63,468 bases of DNA, filler included, from Squatina squatina (GCA_031763465.1; 4 parts of 4 records of this genome joined end to end with filler, not necessarily neighbours in it), one strand, 5' to 3'. Positions 24,701 to 37,800 are shown, numbered from the whole stretch's first letter. Notes: generated by a model not told the origin, from the letters alone. Translations and numbers: made by a program.

Positions 24701-26178
24701 AATTGTCCTATAATTCAATTATACCATTACGGGCTACATTGATTAATGAAACTTCTATTGTACATTCTAATAAGTACATTTTTATTGAAAAGGGATCAGA
24801 AAACAACAATTCTGATCTGTAACCTGACTGAATCAGAATATTCCATGCCGCTTAAAATGAAAGTTGAGCTTTTCAGGAATATCTCCCTTCACTTTCAGTA
24901 CAATTACTGTAAACAAGATACAATAATTGGTTGTCATATGTGGCCATTGTATCCACCAATCCAATAACTAGACTGAGACATATAAGGTTGTTGCTCATGC
25001 TGTGATCAGCCATTCAAATCCTCATTATAAAGTTGGCACTGGTCATCTGCCCACCAGATGCATTTTTCCAAAATCTTATTGTCCGTACAATTTAATCAAA
25101 TATCATTGTTTCATATAACAGAATTATAGCAGAAATTTGTAATATGTCAAAAGCATATTAAGATTTGAACATCTTTTCAAATGATATTATTGGCATTGTT
25201 CTTTGCATTGTTCAATTTATCTTTATCTTTATCTTTTAGTGCTCAATTTTAAAGCATTTTTCTTTCATACACTAAGAATCGTAAACTATCCTGTCTTAAA
25301 AAATACATTCAGCACACAAAGGAGAGTTAGGAAAGACTCCACCACAAGGACCAGTGCTCAGTGTTAGCTAGCCTTATATATTAGGTGCCACTCCNNNNNN
25401 NNNNNNNNNNNNNNNNNNNNNNNNNNNNNNNNNNNNNNNNNNNNNNNNNNNNNNNNNNNNNNNNNNNNNNNNNNNNNNNNNNNNNNNNNNNNNNNNNNNN
25501 NNNNNNNNNNNNNNNNNNNNNNNNNNNNNNNNNNNNNNNAGTTACTATATATATTTTTAATCCAGCTGCTTTGACCTTTGTGCATACCAATATGCTTGTT
25601 TTAGGTAAATTTGCTCTAATTCATAGTTGTTTTAACTCAGATGTCATTTAAACTGGTCACTGGCTAAAATCCCAGAGATTTAGTATTATGCTTGTTGAAT
25701 ATCAAACGAAAAGGCATTCTAGAATAAAGCACTGGCTGAATCCAAATGCTGTGCTGAACCTGATGCATTCAGGTATTTTAACTCTTTTAGCTGTAGAAAA
25801 AAATTCTTAAAATTCAGCAGTCATGAATTCAGAATCAAGCATCAATTGTAACAATATTCCGATTCCGAATTCATTGCAATCATCCGAAATAGATTTTTAA
25901 ATTAAATCTTTAAAAATAAAACAAAGCTCTATAACATATGAAGCATTATGTATTTCTTGCATTTCATATTTTAATCTTCCCTCAAGCAATGGTCAAACCC
26001 TTACATTTTCATGCAAACATCTCACGTCTTGAAGTCACAACATTTTAAGCCAATCATTTTTTTCAATTCTAGATTTCAGACATTTATATTGCTAAGAGTA
26101 TTTCCATTTCTACTTCTGAAAAGACAGATCACTGCAGAAATGTTGCTTCAAGAACTGAAAAAACAAAATGTTTTGTAC

Positions 26179-26195
26179 CTGTTTAGTTCTTCTAA
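26179..26195 (-). CDS. GAP43: GAP-43 exon 1, 3' part (..RRTKQ); start codon lies in the N gap
   Basis: TT AGA AGA ACT AAA CAG|gtacaa gives RRTKQ, the end of the invariant GAP-43 N-terminus MLCC(M/I)RRTKQ. Correct strand and order relative to exons 2 and 3. Confidence 0.75.
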
Positions 26196-26295
26196 NNNNN
26201 NNNNNNNNNNNNNNNNNNNNNNNNNNNNNNNNNNNNNNNNNNNNNNNNNNNNNNNNNNNNNNNNNNNNNNNNNNNNNNNNNNNNNNNNNNNNNNN

Positions 26296-26339
26296 CGTGA
26301 AAATAAAACAAGGCGAATCCATTGAATAACTGTCATCAT
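26296..26339 (-). CDS. Start of bacterial membrane-protein gene downstream of qcrC (ypjA-like), truncated by the gap
   Basis: AAGGAGAA Shine-Dalgarno (26343-26350) ahead of ATG ATG ACA, giving MMTVIQWIRLVLFS. ypjA follows qcrABC in Bacillus subtilis, so the call is positional inference. Confidence 0.5.
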
Positions 26340-26354
26340 TCGTTCTCCTTAAAC

Positions 26355-26386
26355 AAAAAAAGATGCTAGAACCCTAGCATCTTTTT
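26355..26386 (-). terminator. Bacterial rho-independent terminator downstream of qcrC
   Basis: Perfect hairpin AAAAAGATGCTAG-aacc-CTAGCATCTTTTT, 4 nt after the qcrC stop, with a T-run on the minus strand. Confidence 0.85.
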
Positions 26387-26390
26387 GAAA

Positions 26391-26702
26391 TTATTGATTT
26401 AAGCTTTCGATAAATTCAGCTAAAACTTCAAGTTCTTCGTCTGAACCATCGAATAATCCAGGTGACATGTCACCACGTCCGTTAATGACGATATCTTTAA
26501 TCTCGTCAACTGTAAGCCCGTTATTGACGAGCGGATCTCCTAAACCACCTTGGAATGAGTCACCGTGACAGCCGATACATGACGCACCAGCGTAAATTTG
26601 GTAACCTTCAGAGTTTTCGTCGAATTCAACTTCTTCAACGATTGCTCCTTGACGTGCTGCCGCTTCCCAGTCGTGGTTAACAACTGACTCCCATGTTAAA
26701 AA
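26391..26702 (-). CDS. qcrC: Bacterial (Bacillales) menaquinol-cytochrome c reductase cytochrome b/c subunit, C-terminal cytochrome c domain (partial)
   Basis: FLTWESVVNHDWEAAARQGAIVEEVEFDENSEGYQIYAGASCIGCHGDSFQGGLGDPLVNNGLTVDEIKDIVINGRGDMSPGLFDGSDEELEVLAEFIESLNQ*. CxxCH heme motif at 26565-26579, distal Met (GDMSPG), and LTWESV..HDW..QG as in B. subtilis QcrC. CpG not depleted. Absent from the ORF track because it has no start codon. Confidence 0.92.
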   Translation of the reverse strand, partial: FLTWESVVNHDWEAAARQGAIVEEVEFDENSEGYQIYAGASCIGCHGDSFQGGLGDPLVNNGLTVDEIKDIVINGRGDMSPGLFDGSDEELEVLAEFIESLNQ

Positions 26703-26959
26703 CTAATGTTAGTTATTCTATATTAGTTTCTTTCAATTGCAAATCTGCTAGTTTTTTTGACTTCCACAGCAAATATTTCTCTGTGTGTAACATGGTGGTC
26801 TTGAATTTCCGCAATGTCCGTTACCCCATTGTGCATCAGAAAGTTATACCGTTCACCAGCAGAGAGAATTGCATGCAAGATTCCTGGTTAAATTAATTTG
26901 CATATGAAGAGGTGTAATTGCATTCTAAAAGCTTAGGTTCCAGGAAAATTCAGTCTGTG

Positions 26960-27245
26960 TAATGTGGTTGAATTGGCCTAGCAAAGTACTGGAAGCACAT
27001 ATAGGCCAGAGTGGGTAAGGGCAGCATTTCTCTTCCCTGAAAGACGTAAATGGACCCATTGAGTTTTTACGATGGTTACTTCATGGTTACTTTACTGATA
27101 CCAGCTTTTTATTTCTAGATGTTTAAAAATTGAATTAAAATTTGCAAACTGCCATAGTGAGATTTGAACTCACTTCTGATGGATTATTAGTGCAGATTGC
27201 TAGATTACTAGTCCAGTAGAATAATCATTATTCTACCATACCACT
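26960..27245 (-). mobile_element. Probable tRNA-derived SINE copy
   Basis: Minus strand begins ...GGACTAGTAATC... with a B-box-like GAGTTCAAATCTCAC, followed by a body resembling common shark SINEs (recall only). Confidence 0.45.
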
Positions 27246-29843
27246 GTTCCTCCACCTCTTTGCATTTTATCCATTGAGGGCATCTCCCATCCTCATCTGA
27301 AGTTTCTCTTACCAAAACCATGAGCAGTCACAGTCTAGCTGTGCCTACGGGTACTCTGATAGGGCAGTATCTCCCCAAAAGGTTATGAATTTTCCAAAGG
27401 AGGACCTGCAATCAATGTTGAAAGAGGTGGAGGACAGGAGAAACAGTCTTCTGGGTGTTCCAGGCAGCATGCCACCCAGGAGTGTCAGTCTTGCTGCCTA
27501 GTGGGAGATTGCCCTGGCACTCACTACCAAAGTCTGCTGCAATGCTGCCTTATTCTTCATGTTTCCACGAGCTGTTGCTCCTCCTCTTCCTCCATCAGAG
27601 AGATATGTCTATGGGGAATGCTTTCCTTTTTCCAGAGTCATTCTGAGTATGTGAAAAGGTGCAGGGAGCAATCGAAGAATATAGTGGTGGGGTGAGACTG
27701 TACCACTGTGGGGGGAGACTATCACTGTAGGGGGTCAAGTGAATGTCTCACTGAGCAAAACTGAAAAAAAATGGTTGATAGCTCTGTGAAGCCAAAAATC
27801 AACAAAGCAAAGTTTGAGGATTCTTCAAAGCTCTGAAACTCCTGAAGGCTACCTGGTTCAAGTGACTAGGGGAGCAGCTATGCCTGTTTTATCAGAACCA
27901 ACTTTTCCAGCGTGCAGTAGTGGTGTAAAAGCAGGAAATTCCCAGGCACAATGCAAATGAGTCCCAGCAGGCTTGGGTAGGCAGATTATCAAAGCTGCCA
28001 AAAAGATTAAAGAAGCTCACATCTAAGACAATAATATGCAAATGCAGCATAATGCATGTTGTCTCAATCTTTTTAGCACATTAACAATGTAAGTGCTGAA
28101 TTTCTTTAAGCATCTTGTAGCACACATTCAGATATCTTACCCAGTATTTATAAGCAGGATACTCTGCACAGTCAGAATACCACTTTAAAAAGGTAAATGG
28201 TAATGCATTCATTAAGAGTATTTCTTTATTAATAGTATTCTCATCAAAATAGGCAAAACATTTCATTTGCATTATATTTTCTGAAATGGTGCCAAAATGC
28301 TACGAGAGCATCACATAATTAATGAAGTGATCTGCCACGCCCAAACTGTGGTGTTGTACAGGGCTGGTATGACAAATTACATTGATTTTACCCTGCTCAT
28401 GAATAATGTAAATTGCAGGGATTGGGGCATTTCTTAACACTCTGCTTCATGAACGCATATGCTTTTTTAAACCCAGCTGCTGAACAACAGAATGTGATTG
28501 GATCCAATAACGTCATCATATATTAACCCTTGTGATGCTGCAGGTTTTTAGCCTCCAACAAAGCAATCAATGTCTATGACATACAACAAAGAATAAAAAG
28601 GAATACACCTGATAATCCTTAACATCATTCCTAAAAAAGGGCCCTCCACTAGTTTTTTACAGATTGACTACAAACCGAAGCGTGGNNNNNNNNNNNNNNN
28701 NNNNNNNNNNNNNNNNNNNNNNNNNNNNNNNNNNNNNNNNNNNNNNNNNNNNNNNNNNNNNNNNNNNNNNNNNNNNNNNNNNNNNAGGAGGAACTGGGAG
28801 CTATCAGCAGTGGCACTCTGCCCAATGCTGCTCCTCCCTAGCCTTGAGCACTGAGGCTACTTGTGACGCCCCAACTCGCACCCAGGATAAGATCAGAAAA
28901 CTCAACACATTTTCATGTAATGTTGCATCCAGCAGGCAGGCCAGAAACCTGGGGAAACATCACTGAAGATAGTTGAGTTTAAACGGCAGTTACGGCAGAG
29001 ATCTGAACTGAGGGCTTTTGGATGAAAGTTCAACAGTCTGTCAAAAGAGCTATTTAATTTCAAATTTGTCAAAAATTGTTGTTAAGCATTGAGATGTTCA
29101 TAAAGTACTATTTACCTGGCCATTCAAATCCATTAATCCATGATCATTGTCACAGCATCATCAGTGAATTTTACAATGATATTCAATAGGAAAAAAACAT
29201 CTAATATACTTATCTATCCCTCCTTACATCATACCCAAATAATTGATAAATTAAATGGAATAATGGATTACTGATCAAAAAGAACTGTGTGATTTTAGGA
29301 AAATTAAAGTCCAAAGTCAGAAGGTGAGTGGTTCACTTACTTCAATAAATAACTTGGTTCAGGAAATATTAAATATGCATGCATTTGAAAAGGCAATGGC
29401 TTAAGCCATGTTACCTAATGGAAAATAAACCACTGCTTCACAAGCCACCGAAGTAAAATATGGCATTGTCATAATCCTTAAAGTCACAGCCATATCTTTG
29501 CTGTGCTAACCATATTAAGATCCTGCTTAATCATCAGGTTCAGGGTTAATATAAATTAAGCTAATGGGGGTAATATTTTAATTCACTTAGCAAGCATTCA
29601 CTTAAATGAAATTGGTTGTATTGTGCCAGCCCTAATGGATAGTAAATACGGAAACATTTATTGTCAATTAATATGGCTGGAATGCCTGATTTGCAAAGAT
29701 TCTATGCTGATTTAATCATCTCAAGTTCCTCTTTCCAGAACAGAGGCCTTGCATTTAGACATCAGAGTCATTCATTGATATTTGTTCTAGACAGTGGCAC
29801 CAGCATGAGCTTGAAATAAGTTCCCAGAATGAAGGATTTTTAA

Positions 29844-29953
29844 GGGGGGCCAATTTGTCCTTTTTTTTGGGCATTAAATTAGCGTTAAATCAGCGTTAAT
29901 GGCCTAACGCCGATTTTGGGCACTAAATTTAGCAAGGGGAAAATCGTCCCCCC
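29844..29953. mobile_element. 110-bp MITE with GGGGGG/CCCCCC termini, flanked by TTAA
   Basis: TIRs GGGGGGCCAATTTGTCC and GGGGAAAATCGTCCCCCC. TTAA at 29840-29843 and 29954-29957. Internal direct repeat TTTTGGGCA(T/C)TAAATTTAGC. Confidence 0.6.
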
Positions 29954-30002
29954 TTAACNNNNNNNNNNNNNNNNNNNNNNNNNNNNNNNNNNNNNNNNNN
30001 NN

Positions 30003-30014
30003 TTAATTAATTAA
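30003..30014. other. Artificial scaffold-concatenation spacer TTAATTAATTAA
   Basis: Same 44N-12mer-44N pattern as at 17530. Confidence 0.95.
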
Positions 30015-30341
30015 NNNNNNNNNNNNNNNNNNNNNNNNNNNNNNNNNNNNNNNNNNNNATAGGGAAGATGCTCAGCAACAAAATTGAAGTGTTTCAAAAG
30101 CAATTCACCCAATGAATTATCTTTGAAGTAGTGACTATTGTTGACATATAGGCAACCAAGTACTGAACCAGAGTGACAGAACATATCATATGGATGGTCC
30201 AAAACAAGTTTGATATTAACAGATTGTTGTTTTGAAGGGAGTGGGAAGGTTAGGCAGGAACAGCAATTCAGACACAAGCACGTCAATGTGTAGCTGTGCA
30301 GAAGTACCAGTATAACTGAAAAATAGTAAGCAGCATCTTAC

Positions 30342-30419
30342 CTTTCCATGATGTTCCGTACACCAGTCTGACATGCCATCCAGCAGTTCATTTGGTTGGT
30401 TAACAATCAAATGTGGACC
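30342..30419 (-). CDS. REXO2: Oligoribonuclease REXO2, coding exon (78 nt)
   Basis: tttatcag|GGT...AAG|gtaaga. [26 protein letters not shown] matches Orn/REXO2. Confidence 0.93.
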
Positions 30420-30536
30420 CTGATAAAGACAAACCACTAAAGATATTGACACTTTATTTTGGAACATAAAAGACACAATTTTAAATCCCCTATTTTTCCA
30501 GGGGTGCGTCCTGAAGTAAAGTTTTAGGCATCTTAC

Positions 30537-30620
30537 CTCGGCTAAAATATTCAAATCTGAATCGGTTATAATGCAAGCCATTTCTATGATTTTATCTTTT
30601 TCTATGTCCAACCCAGTCAT
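30537..30620 (-). CDS. REXO2: Oligoribonuclease REXO2, coding exon (84 nt)
   Basis: aaatag|ATG...GAG|gtaaga. [28 protein letters not shown] follows the DLE of the DEDDh ExoI motif (WVDLEMTGLD). Confidence 0.93.
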
Positions 30621-31303
30621 CTATTTAGGGAACAAAAAAAAGAAAATGTCAAATCATATAATTTCACATACACAGGAATGTTTTTCCTCCTTCCATAAAA
30701 TAGTAAAGGCCTAGTACTGTCACTGAATGACAGTCTCTTGAAAAACCAAACTCAACAGAGGCAGAGAATTCTTATTCTCTGCTCCCATCTCTGCACTTCT
30801 ACACAAAACACAACGTACATTAAGTATTAGCACAGAACAGAATTGCAGCGCAGAATCTTAAAAACTGTTTCCATCTACAACATAAGTGAGCCAATATATT
30901 CAGTGAACTCCACATTATAAAATTCTTCAATTACTTGTTTAACCAATTACAAGACAGCAACATTGACTACAGCAGGACACAAAAAACATTTGGAATTCAC
31001 AAAGTGAAACCAGTTATCCAACACCCAGTGCAACATAACTGGATTAGCACTGCCCAACAGAGATAAATCTAATCCAATCAATTTTCATCCCATTTCATCA
31101 ATTATAATTTCCCAACTGAATACACCCCCTCCCCTCCCTCCCTTTCCCACCTAAAACAAACAATCTGTCCCAATAGTTTTAGCAACACCACTCTTGACCC
31201 AGAAGAAGTGAACAGGTTTGCATACTCCAGCTTCTCCATTCTTCTTCTGCTAAAGGTCCCATTCTCCACTGAACACCTGGTCAACTGATACAAGCAGCCC
31301 GCA

Positions 31304-31851
31304 TGCTCCTGGGCCTGGCCAAAATGGCCATTAACACATCCAGGCAGCGGGCAACCGAGGGGGTCGTTTGTCCCGACTGCCTACCTCTCTTCCGCGCCTA
31401 CGTTTGCGCCCGGGTGTCCCTGGAGAGGGAGCACGCGGTGTCCGCCGGCACGATCGCAGCCTTCCGCGACCGGTGGGCGCCGGGGGGGACTGGAGTGCAT
31501 CCTTGACGGGGAAAATGGGATTTTAATTTAAATTTGGGTGTTTTGGTTGGATTTGATTCGAAAAAAGGGGAAAAATGTCAAACTTGTGACCCGGCCCTCA
31601 CGGCCTGATTGACACACAAAAAAAGATATAAAGAGAGAAAAAAAAAGAGGGAGCACGCGGTGTCCGCCGGCACGATCGCAGCCTTCCGCGACCGGTGGGC
31701 GCCGGGGGGACTGGAGTGCATCCTTGACGGGGAAAATGGGATTTTAATTTAAATTTGGGTGGTTTGTGTGTTTTGATTTGATTTGGAAAAAAGGGGAAAA
31801 ATGTCAAACTTGTGACCCGGCCCTCCTGGCCTGATTGACACAAAAAAAAAG
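31304..31851 (+). mobile_element. 5'-truncated Tx1-clade non-LTR retrotransposon with tandem-duplicated 3' end and 14-bp TSD
   Basis: LLGLAKMAINTSRQRATEGVVCPDCLPLFRAYVCARVSLEREHAVSAGTIAAFRDRWAP resembles the Tx1 ORF2 C-terminus. TSD ACAAGCAGCCCGCA at 31290-31303 and 31852-31865. A-rich tails present. Confidence 0.8.
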
Positions 31852-34800
31852 ACAAGCAGCCCGCAATAGGAAACNNNNNNNNNNNNNNNNNNNNNNNNNN
31901 NNNNNNNNNNNNNNNNNNNNNNNNNNNNNNNNNNNNNNNNNNNNNNNNNNNNNNNNNNNNNNNNNNNNNNNNNNTTTAGCCACAAGGGCCACATCTAACT
32001 CGCTCTTAAATATAGCCAATGAATGCATCTGACAGGTAAATGGCTTCAGAAAATATACAATAAATGAGAAGCAGCTGGAATGGTGGTCAGAGTTCAATAG
32101 GATGCTGTTTAGGGTCAGAGAGATGAGGAGATAAAATATTAAATCAGAAACCAGAAAATTCACAATTCGGCTCATTAAAAACATGGTTTCATTTCAGGCT
32201 CGTCTAGGTGCTGTAACCTTGAGGAACTAAGACACGAGAACAAGGACTGTTATATTGTGATAAGGAACTGACAATCCACATTTTGCATCAATGCAAAGAA
32301 GTGGTGACATTGAAGTTCTGAAATGTCAGCACTTTGCATTTTAACAAGTGGTGTGAAGCAGTTTTTGCATTGGCCACAGTACAACATTTCACCCTGTGGG
32401 CCCTGTGTTATAACTTGTGAAATGAGTATAGCTGCAGATGGTGCAGAGAGAAATCTCAAGCTTTTAAACATCTTGCAGGAAGCCAATGGCTCATACCTAA
32501 CATTAAAGTCCAAATGATATTAGGACAAGCTCTGTGCAATCACACTTTTTCTGACTAGACAGTGACACGGAGCCAGCAGTATAACTTGGATCTGCCAAAT
32601 CCTGAGTTGGTATTGGTCTCAAACTGATACCTATAGTATATCTGCACCCTAAAAGAAATCTAATTTGTTTTTTCAAATTATATACTTAATGGTCTGTAGT
32701 GGGTGTTTTCAATGATCTGGCTGTTGTATAACAGATTTTACCCTCCTGATGTGTTTTGGTTAAATATTTATCAATAAAATCAATGAACACTTTCTTAATC
32801 CTCCGATAACATTAATTGAAACTGCACGCCAAGGGAACAGAAGTAATATTGTCACATAGAACAAACGCTACCTTTGCAGGGGTTCAGCTTGAATGTTCAC
32901 TAAAAGCTGNNNNNNNNNNAATCTGAATACTAATAGAAGGCTGATTAGTTTCATGCTAAGACCTTGAAATGACTGCACCACCTTAATACCTCTAATCCCA
33001 GTACAGATGATCTTCACTGAATACATAATACTTCCCATTAGTTGTTGTCTTGCATCCCTCATTGGATAGACGAAGTATGGAATAAAGTCATTACTGGCGG
33101 ATTAATCCTTGAAGCATTATGTTTCCTAAGTGTAACACCATATCTTCCTATAGAAAGACCTGTTTGTTAAAATGTTAGGAAATAGACAATCATATAAGCA
33201 CAGAAGGAATAGAAGATATTGCCTGTTCTTGGAGAATACGGAAAAATGCTGATTTTGGTGTGCTGGCCTCGGAAAGTAATATTGTGGAATAAAGGATATC
33301 GTTTAACTTTATAAATGAATTACTATACAGCCTATGGTATGTGGATTTAAATCTATCTCATTATTAGGTGACAATAGGCTGTTCTGACAGCTATTAAGAC
33401 TCTAAGTAATATTACTTTGGGCAGCCTGAATTCTGTTCCCAGCGGGCACGAGTCTACAATACAAATTGGCCTCAAATTTTGTATTAATTGAAACTAATTT
33501 TTCCATCACCTTACAGAGAGGCCCTAAAATTAAACAGTGGGATATGGAACTATTATGTTTATGTACTGGCTGGGTAGAATGATATTGCGGGTGTAATGAT
33601 ATGTTAGGAGCTTTTATACAGTTCTTTTACTTAAGTAAATGTTGATGATTCACTTAATATGAGTATGAAAGTCAGGGACATTCCCTTAGCAATCAATATC
33701 TAGCTGACTGGTTTGNNNNNNNNNNNNNNNNNNNNNNNNNNNNNNNNNNNNNNNNNNNNNNNNNNNNNNNNNNNNNNNNNNNNNNNNNNNNNNNNNNNNN
33801 NNNNNNNNNNNNNNNAAAAAGCACAGAGTGACTGCTTTCCCTGAACTCCGGTAACCTTCTAAATTCGTTATTGCAGCCAGAGCATGAAAGAAACACGTAG
33901 GAAATTCTGTTCTGTTGATTTATAAAATTAATTAACTATTGCACAATTTAATCACATCACCTAATATCTTTTGTTATTTCCAATAATACAGAATGCAATG
34001 GAAATGAGTAACATATATAATTGGAAAGATAGAAAACAAACAGATTAATTTCCATCATACCAGAAGCCTGGAAGTATTCTGGATGTATGTTAGTAATTCT
34101 GTTGCAATTAACATTCAGAAACCAATTAACATTCTGTCATTTAGAATAATGCTCAATAAATGCCTTTGATTATTCTTGAGGGTCGTAACAGTTTAAAATT
34201 CTCAAGGGTCAGAACCTCAGGAGACAGCCGTGTGCTGCAAAGCTCAAGAAGTCAATTTATTCCTCAAAGACGATCGAACCTACAAAAATGCAGCATATGC
34301 AGATCTCTGTGGGACACCTTCTGCAGTCCTGATTGAAATTTTACAAGCGTTACAGTCCTGCAGAGAACCTAGAGCAGGGCTGCATAATTACATTTGATGC
34401 GGCACATGAAGAATACCACTGAGCCCGTCTGAGGTCCGCACTATTCTATATTATAATTCTTTCAGTNNNNNNNNNNNNNNNNNNNNNNNNNNNNNNNNNN
34501 NNNNNNNNNNNNNNNNNNNNNNNNNNNNNNNNNNNNNNNNNNNNNNNNNNNNNNNNNNNNNNNNNNAACATTTTTGAAGCAGAATAATGTTACATGGGAC
34601 TTAAGCAGCTGAAAATGTCCACACAGTAGCTCCCACACTACCTTGCAGTTTAATGTCCTCTATTGTTTCTTTGACAATGCACAAATTGTCACATGTTCTT
34701 AGCCGAGCACACACATTTCTTCATGAACATGCAGCGTTTTTACTCTGATCGATCACACAGCAGGTTTGAAATATTCAGAAATGGTTGGGTACCAGGACTC

Positions 34801-37800
34801 CTCCCATCCTTCCAGAGTGTAATAAATAAGAAGGGGTTTGAAAAATAACATTAGCTGGACTGCCGGTACCACCTGTCACTGTTTGTGCCTGACATCACTG
34901 CCAGAATGTAAGATTCTTAATTGCATGTCATATTTAGAACTCAAATAAAATAGGGAGTTACTTGTGATTATGCATAGGTGCGTATGTATACGTGCACACA
35001 GGCCTCAGAGGTCTGCCTCTCTGTATCATTCAGGGAAATGAAAGTCCATATCAGTGCAGTTTGGGTCATGTGGTGCTGAGAAGGTATCTTCACATTGGGA
35101 AATATTCACTCAACACTAAGTTTAGTACTCCTCACTTCAGAGCATGGGAACAGGAGTTGGCCATTCAGCCCCTCGAGCCTGATCCGCCAAAGCAGCATCG
35201 TATTGTGGGTGTCAGATGGGGCAGTTAGTCTTCATCTGAATCTACTTGCTGTTACTGTGTTGTAACATGCTCCTATCTATGGGCTCTCCTACATTTATAG
35301 CCAGTTTATGCTCTGCGGCAATATCAAAATTCTTTTCTTTTTTGTTGTCAATTTTCACGTCGAATGGATGTAACTAAAGCAATCTCATCAGTCCACCTTG
35401 CTGCAGTGGTAGTTTCGGAAGTTCACCTGTTATAAACTGAAAAGAAAACCCAAGCAGTGTCGCTTTGGAAAGCAGATACACAAATAATATTGAAAACTGT
35501 ATTTAGAAATAAATAATTTACAAGTATCATTATGGCCTTGTTTGAAGTGTCTGTCAATTCAGCCTGTTTTATTGAAGTCTGATTTCTGCATGGTTAATAT
35601 CTTAAAATTACATATCCTTGAATAGTTTAAAAAGTGTCCAAAGTCTGCAAAGTATTGCTTCAAATAAGAACCCAAATTTAAACATCAAAGATTAGTTAGA
35701 GACAAGGCTCGAGTTGGAGATTGATGTGTTGGCTCGGGGTAATGTTTGCAGTAGTGTGCAGTTATGCAATTCTGGGTCTTGCAGAGATAAATACAAGTTA
35801 TGTTGTACAAATTAAAGATACAGGCAATGAAGCCAACAGTGATATTCCAATTACTGTTGAGCCTGAATCTATAATTTCAACACTTCCGGAGGAGAAAGAG
35901 ACATAAAAAGGAAAAGGATGAGTTGCTGAGTGTTGTTAAAAGGGGAGAAATTTGCTTTCAATTCCAAATATATTTGAAGTAATATTAAATAAATGGTTAC
36001 ACCAGATGCCATATAGAAATGGACTATAAGTAGTGGGCTAGATCAATGTAAAAATCTTCTTAAATTGATGCATGGAGGGGCGACTCAACTTCTGTTATTT
36101 TAAGATATCTGACCAATAAAATTCAATGTACAATAGACAGTCCAGACCACATCTAATAAATCTCCCCATTCTGCTTTTGGTTCTTTTTTCTCATTAGATT
36201 TTATCACAGGAAATTAGATAAAATGATGTGTTTATTTCTGTGTTTAGTGTATATGTACATTCAGCTAGTTAAGTTTGCAGACATTTAAAAAAATGTATGT
36301 ATCTGAATATTTAAATATGATAAAAATTTGCCTGGATGGAAATAAAAATGTACCATATAGACTGAGATATGAATAAGAATAATGTAGACAACATCCATTT
36401 TGACAATTGCTTCAACAGTTCTTTGAACACTCTAAATGTATCTAAAGATCAAAACATACATCTTTTTCTTATTCTAAGTGTACAGATCATGTTTTGATTC
36501 TTGTTTGCTTGTGTTCTACCTAATAATGTCTAAATCAGATTATTTTTAAGTTGTTTAATAGAGCATTGGAGATCAGGTATAGGGTTTGAGTTAGAGTAAC
36601 TCAGTCATGAGAATCCAATTACGCCCCATGCCAAGTTCAGCACTGGCAGGATACTCGGCAGAATATTCTACAGAAAGGCAACAATGGTGGGGAAATAATA
36701 GGAATGAGATCATGTAGAGCCAGGCCTTATGCCAACATACGATCCAATCACAAAATGGCATTGAAGGCAACCACCTTGCCTTCTTGACTGAAGGTGGAGG
36801 CATAGTCACGGGTGGTAGAAATGGGGCAAACCAAATACTTTTAAGTAACACTCTCAAAAACAGAATAACAAAAATTTGGAATGAACCAGATTACCAACTA
36901 TAAATATGAGACTCTCAATCATTCAATATCCAGTTATAATGCATCTATTATCTTGCTATCACTGGCTGATGACTGGAGCAAACGGGGCCATCTTTGATTC
37001 AGCACAGGATGGCACTCACTGCTTTCAATGACAATACAAACTGTTGACAGGTGCCATCTCCACTACAGAATCATCCCACAAATTGAAGAACCCATGAATT
37101 AAGAGAAAAACAAAATAAACCAAAACTAAAGTAACAGGGCCCGCTACCAAAATACNNNNNNNNNNNNNNNNNNNNNNNNNNNNNNNNNNNNNNNNNNNNN
37201 NNNNNNNNNNNNNNNNNNNNNNNNNNNNNNNNNNNNNNNNNNNNNNNNNNNNNNNNNNNNNNNNNNNNNNNNNNNNNNNNNNNNNNNNNNNNNNNNNNNN
37301 NNNNNNNNNNNNNNNNNNNNNNNNNNNNNNNNNNNNNNNNNNNNNNNNNNNNNNNNNNNNNNNNNNNNNNNNNNNNNNNNNNNNNNNNNNNNNNNNNNNN
37401 NNNNNNNNNNNNNNNNNNNNNNNNNNNNNNNNNNNNNNNNNNNNNNNNNNNNNNNNNNNNNNNNNNNNNNNNNNNNNNTAACAAGTGCTCCCTCTAAAAG
37501 CAGTTCTCTAATTACACAGGATCTACAGCACAGAAACAGGCTATTTGGCCCAACTAGTCTATGCTGGTCATTTGTGCACCACACAAGCCTCCTCCCACGC
37601 CATTTCATCTAACCCTATCCTGATAAGTAACCATTCACTTGGACAACTTACTTGCAAATCTCATGATGAGCTAATTTTTTTTTGTTTGGCTGTTCCTTGT
37701 GTGTCCTGCACCCAATTCCAGGTAATCCGGCAGACCGCTGTATCATTCCCACATGGATTTCAATTTTATATGGTTAGGGGAGGAGAGGGAGGCTAAGAGC

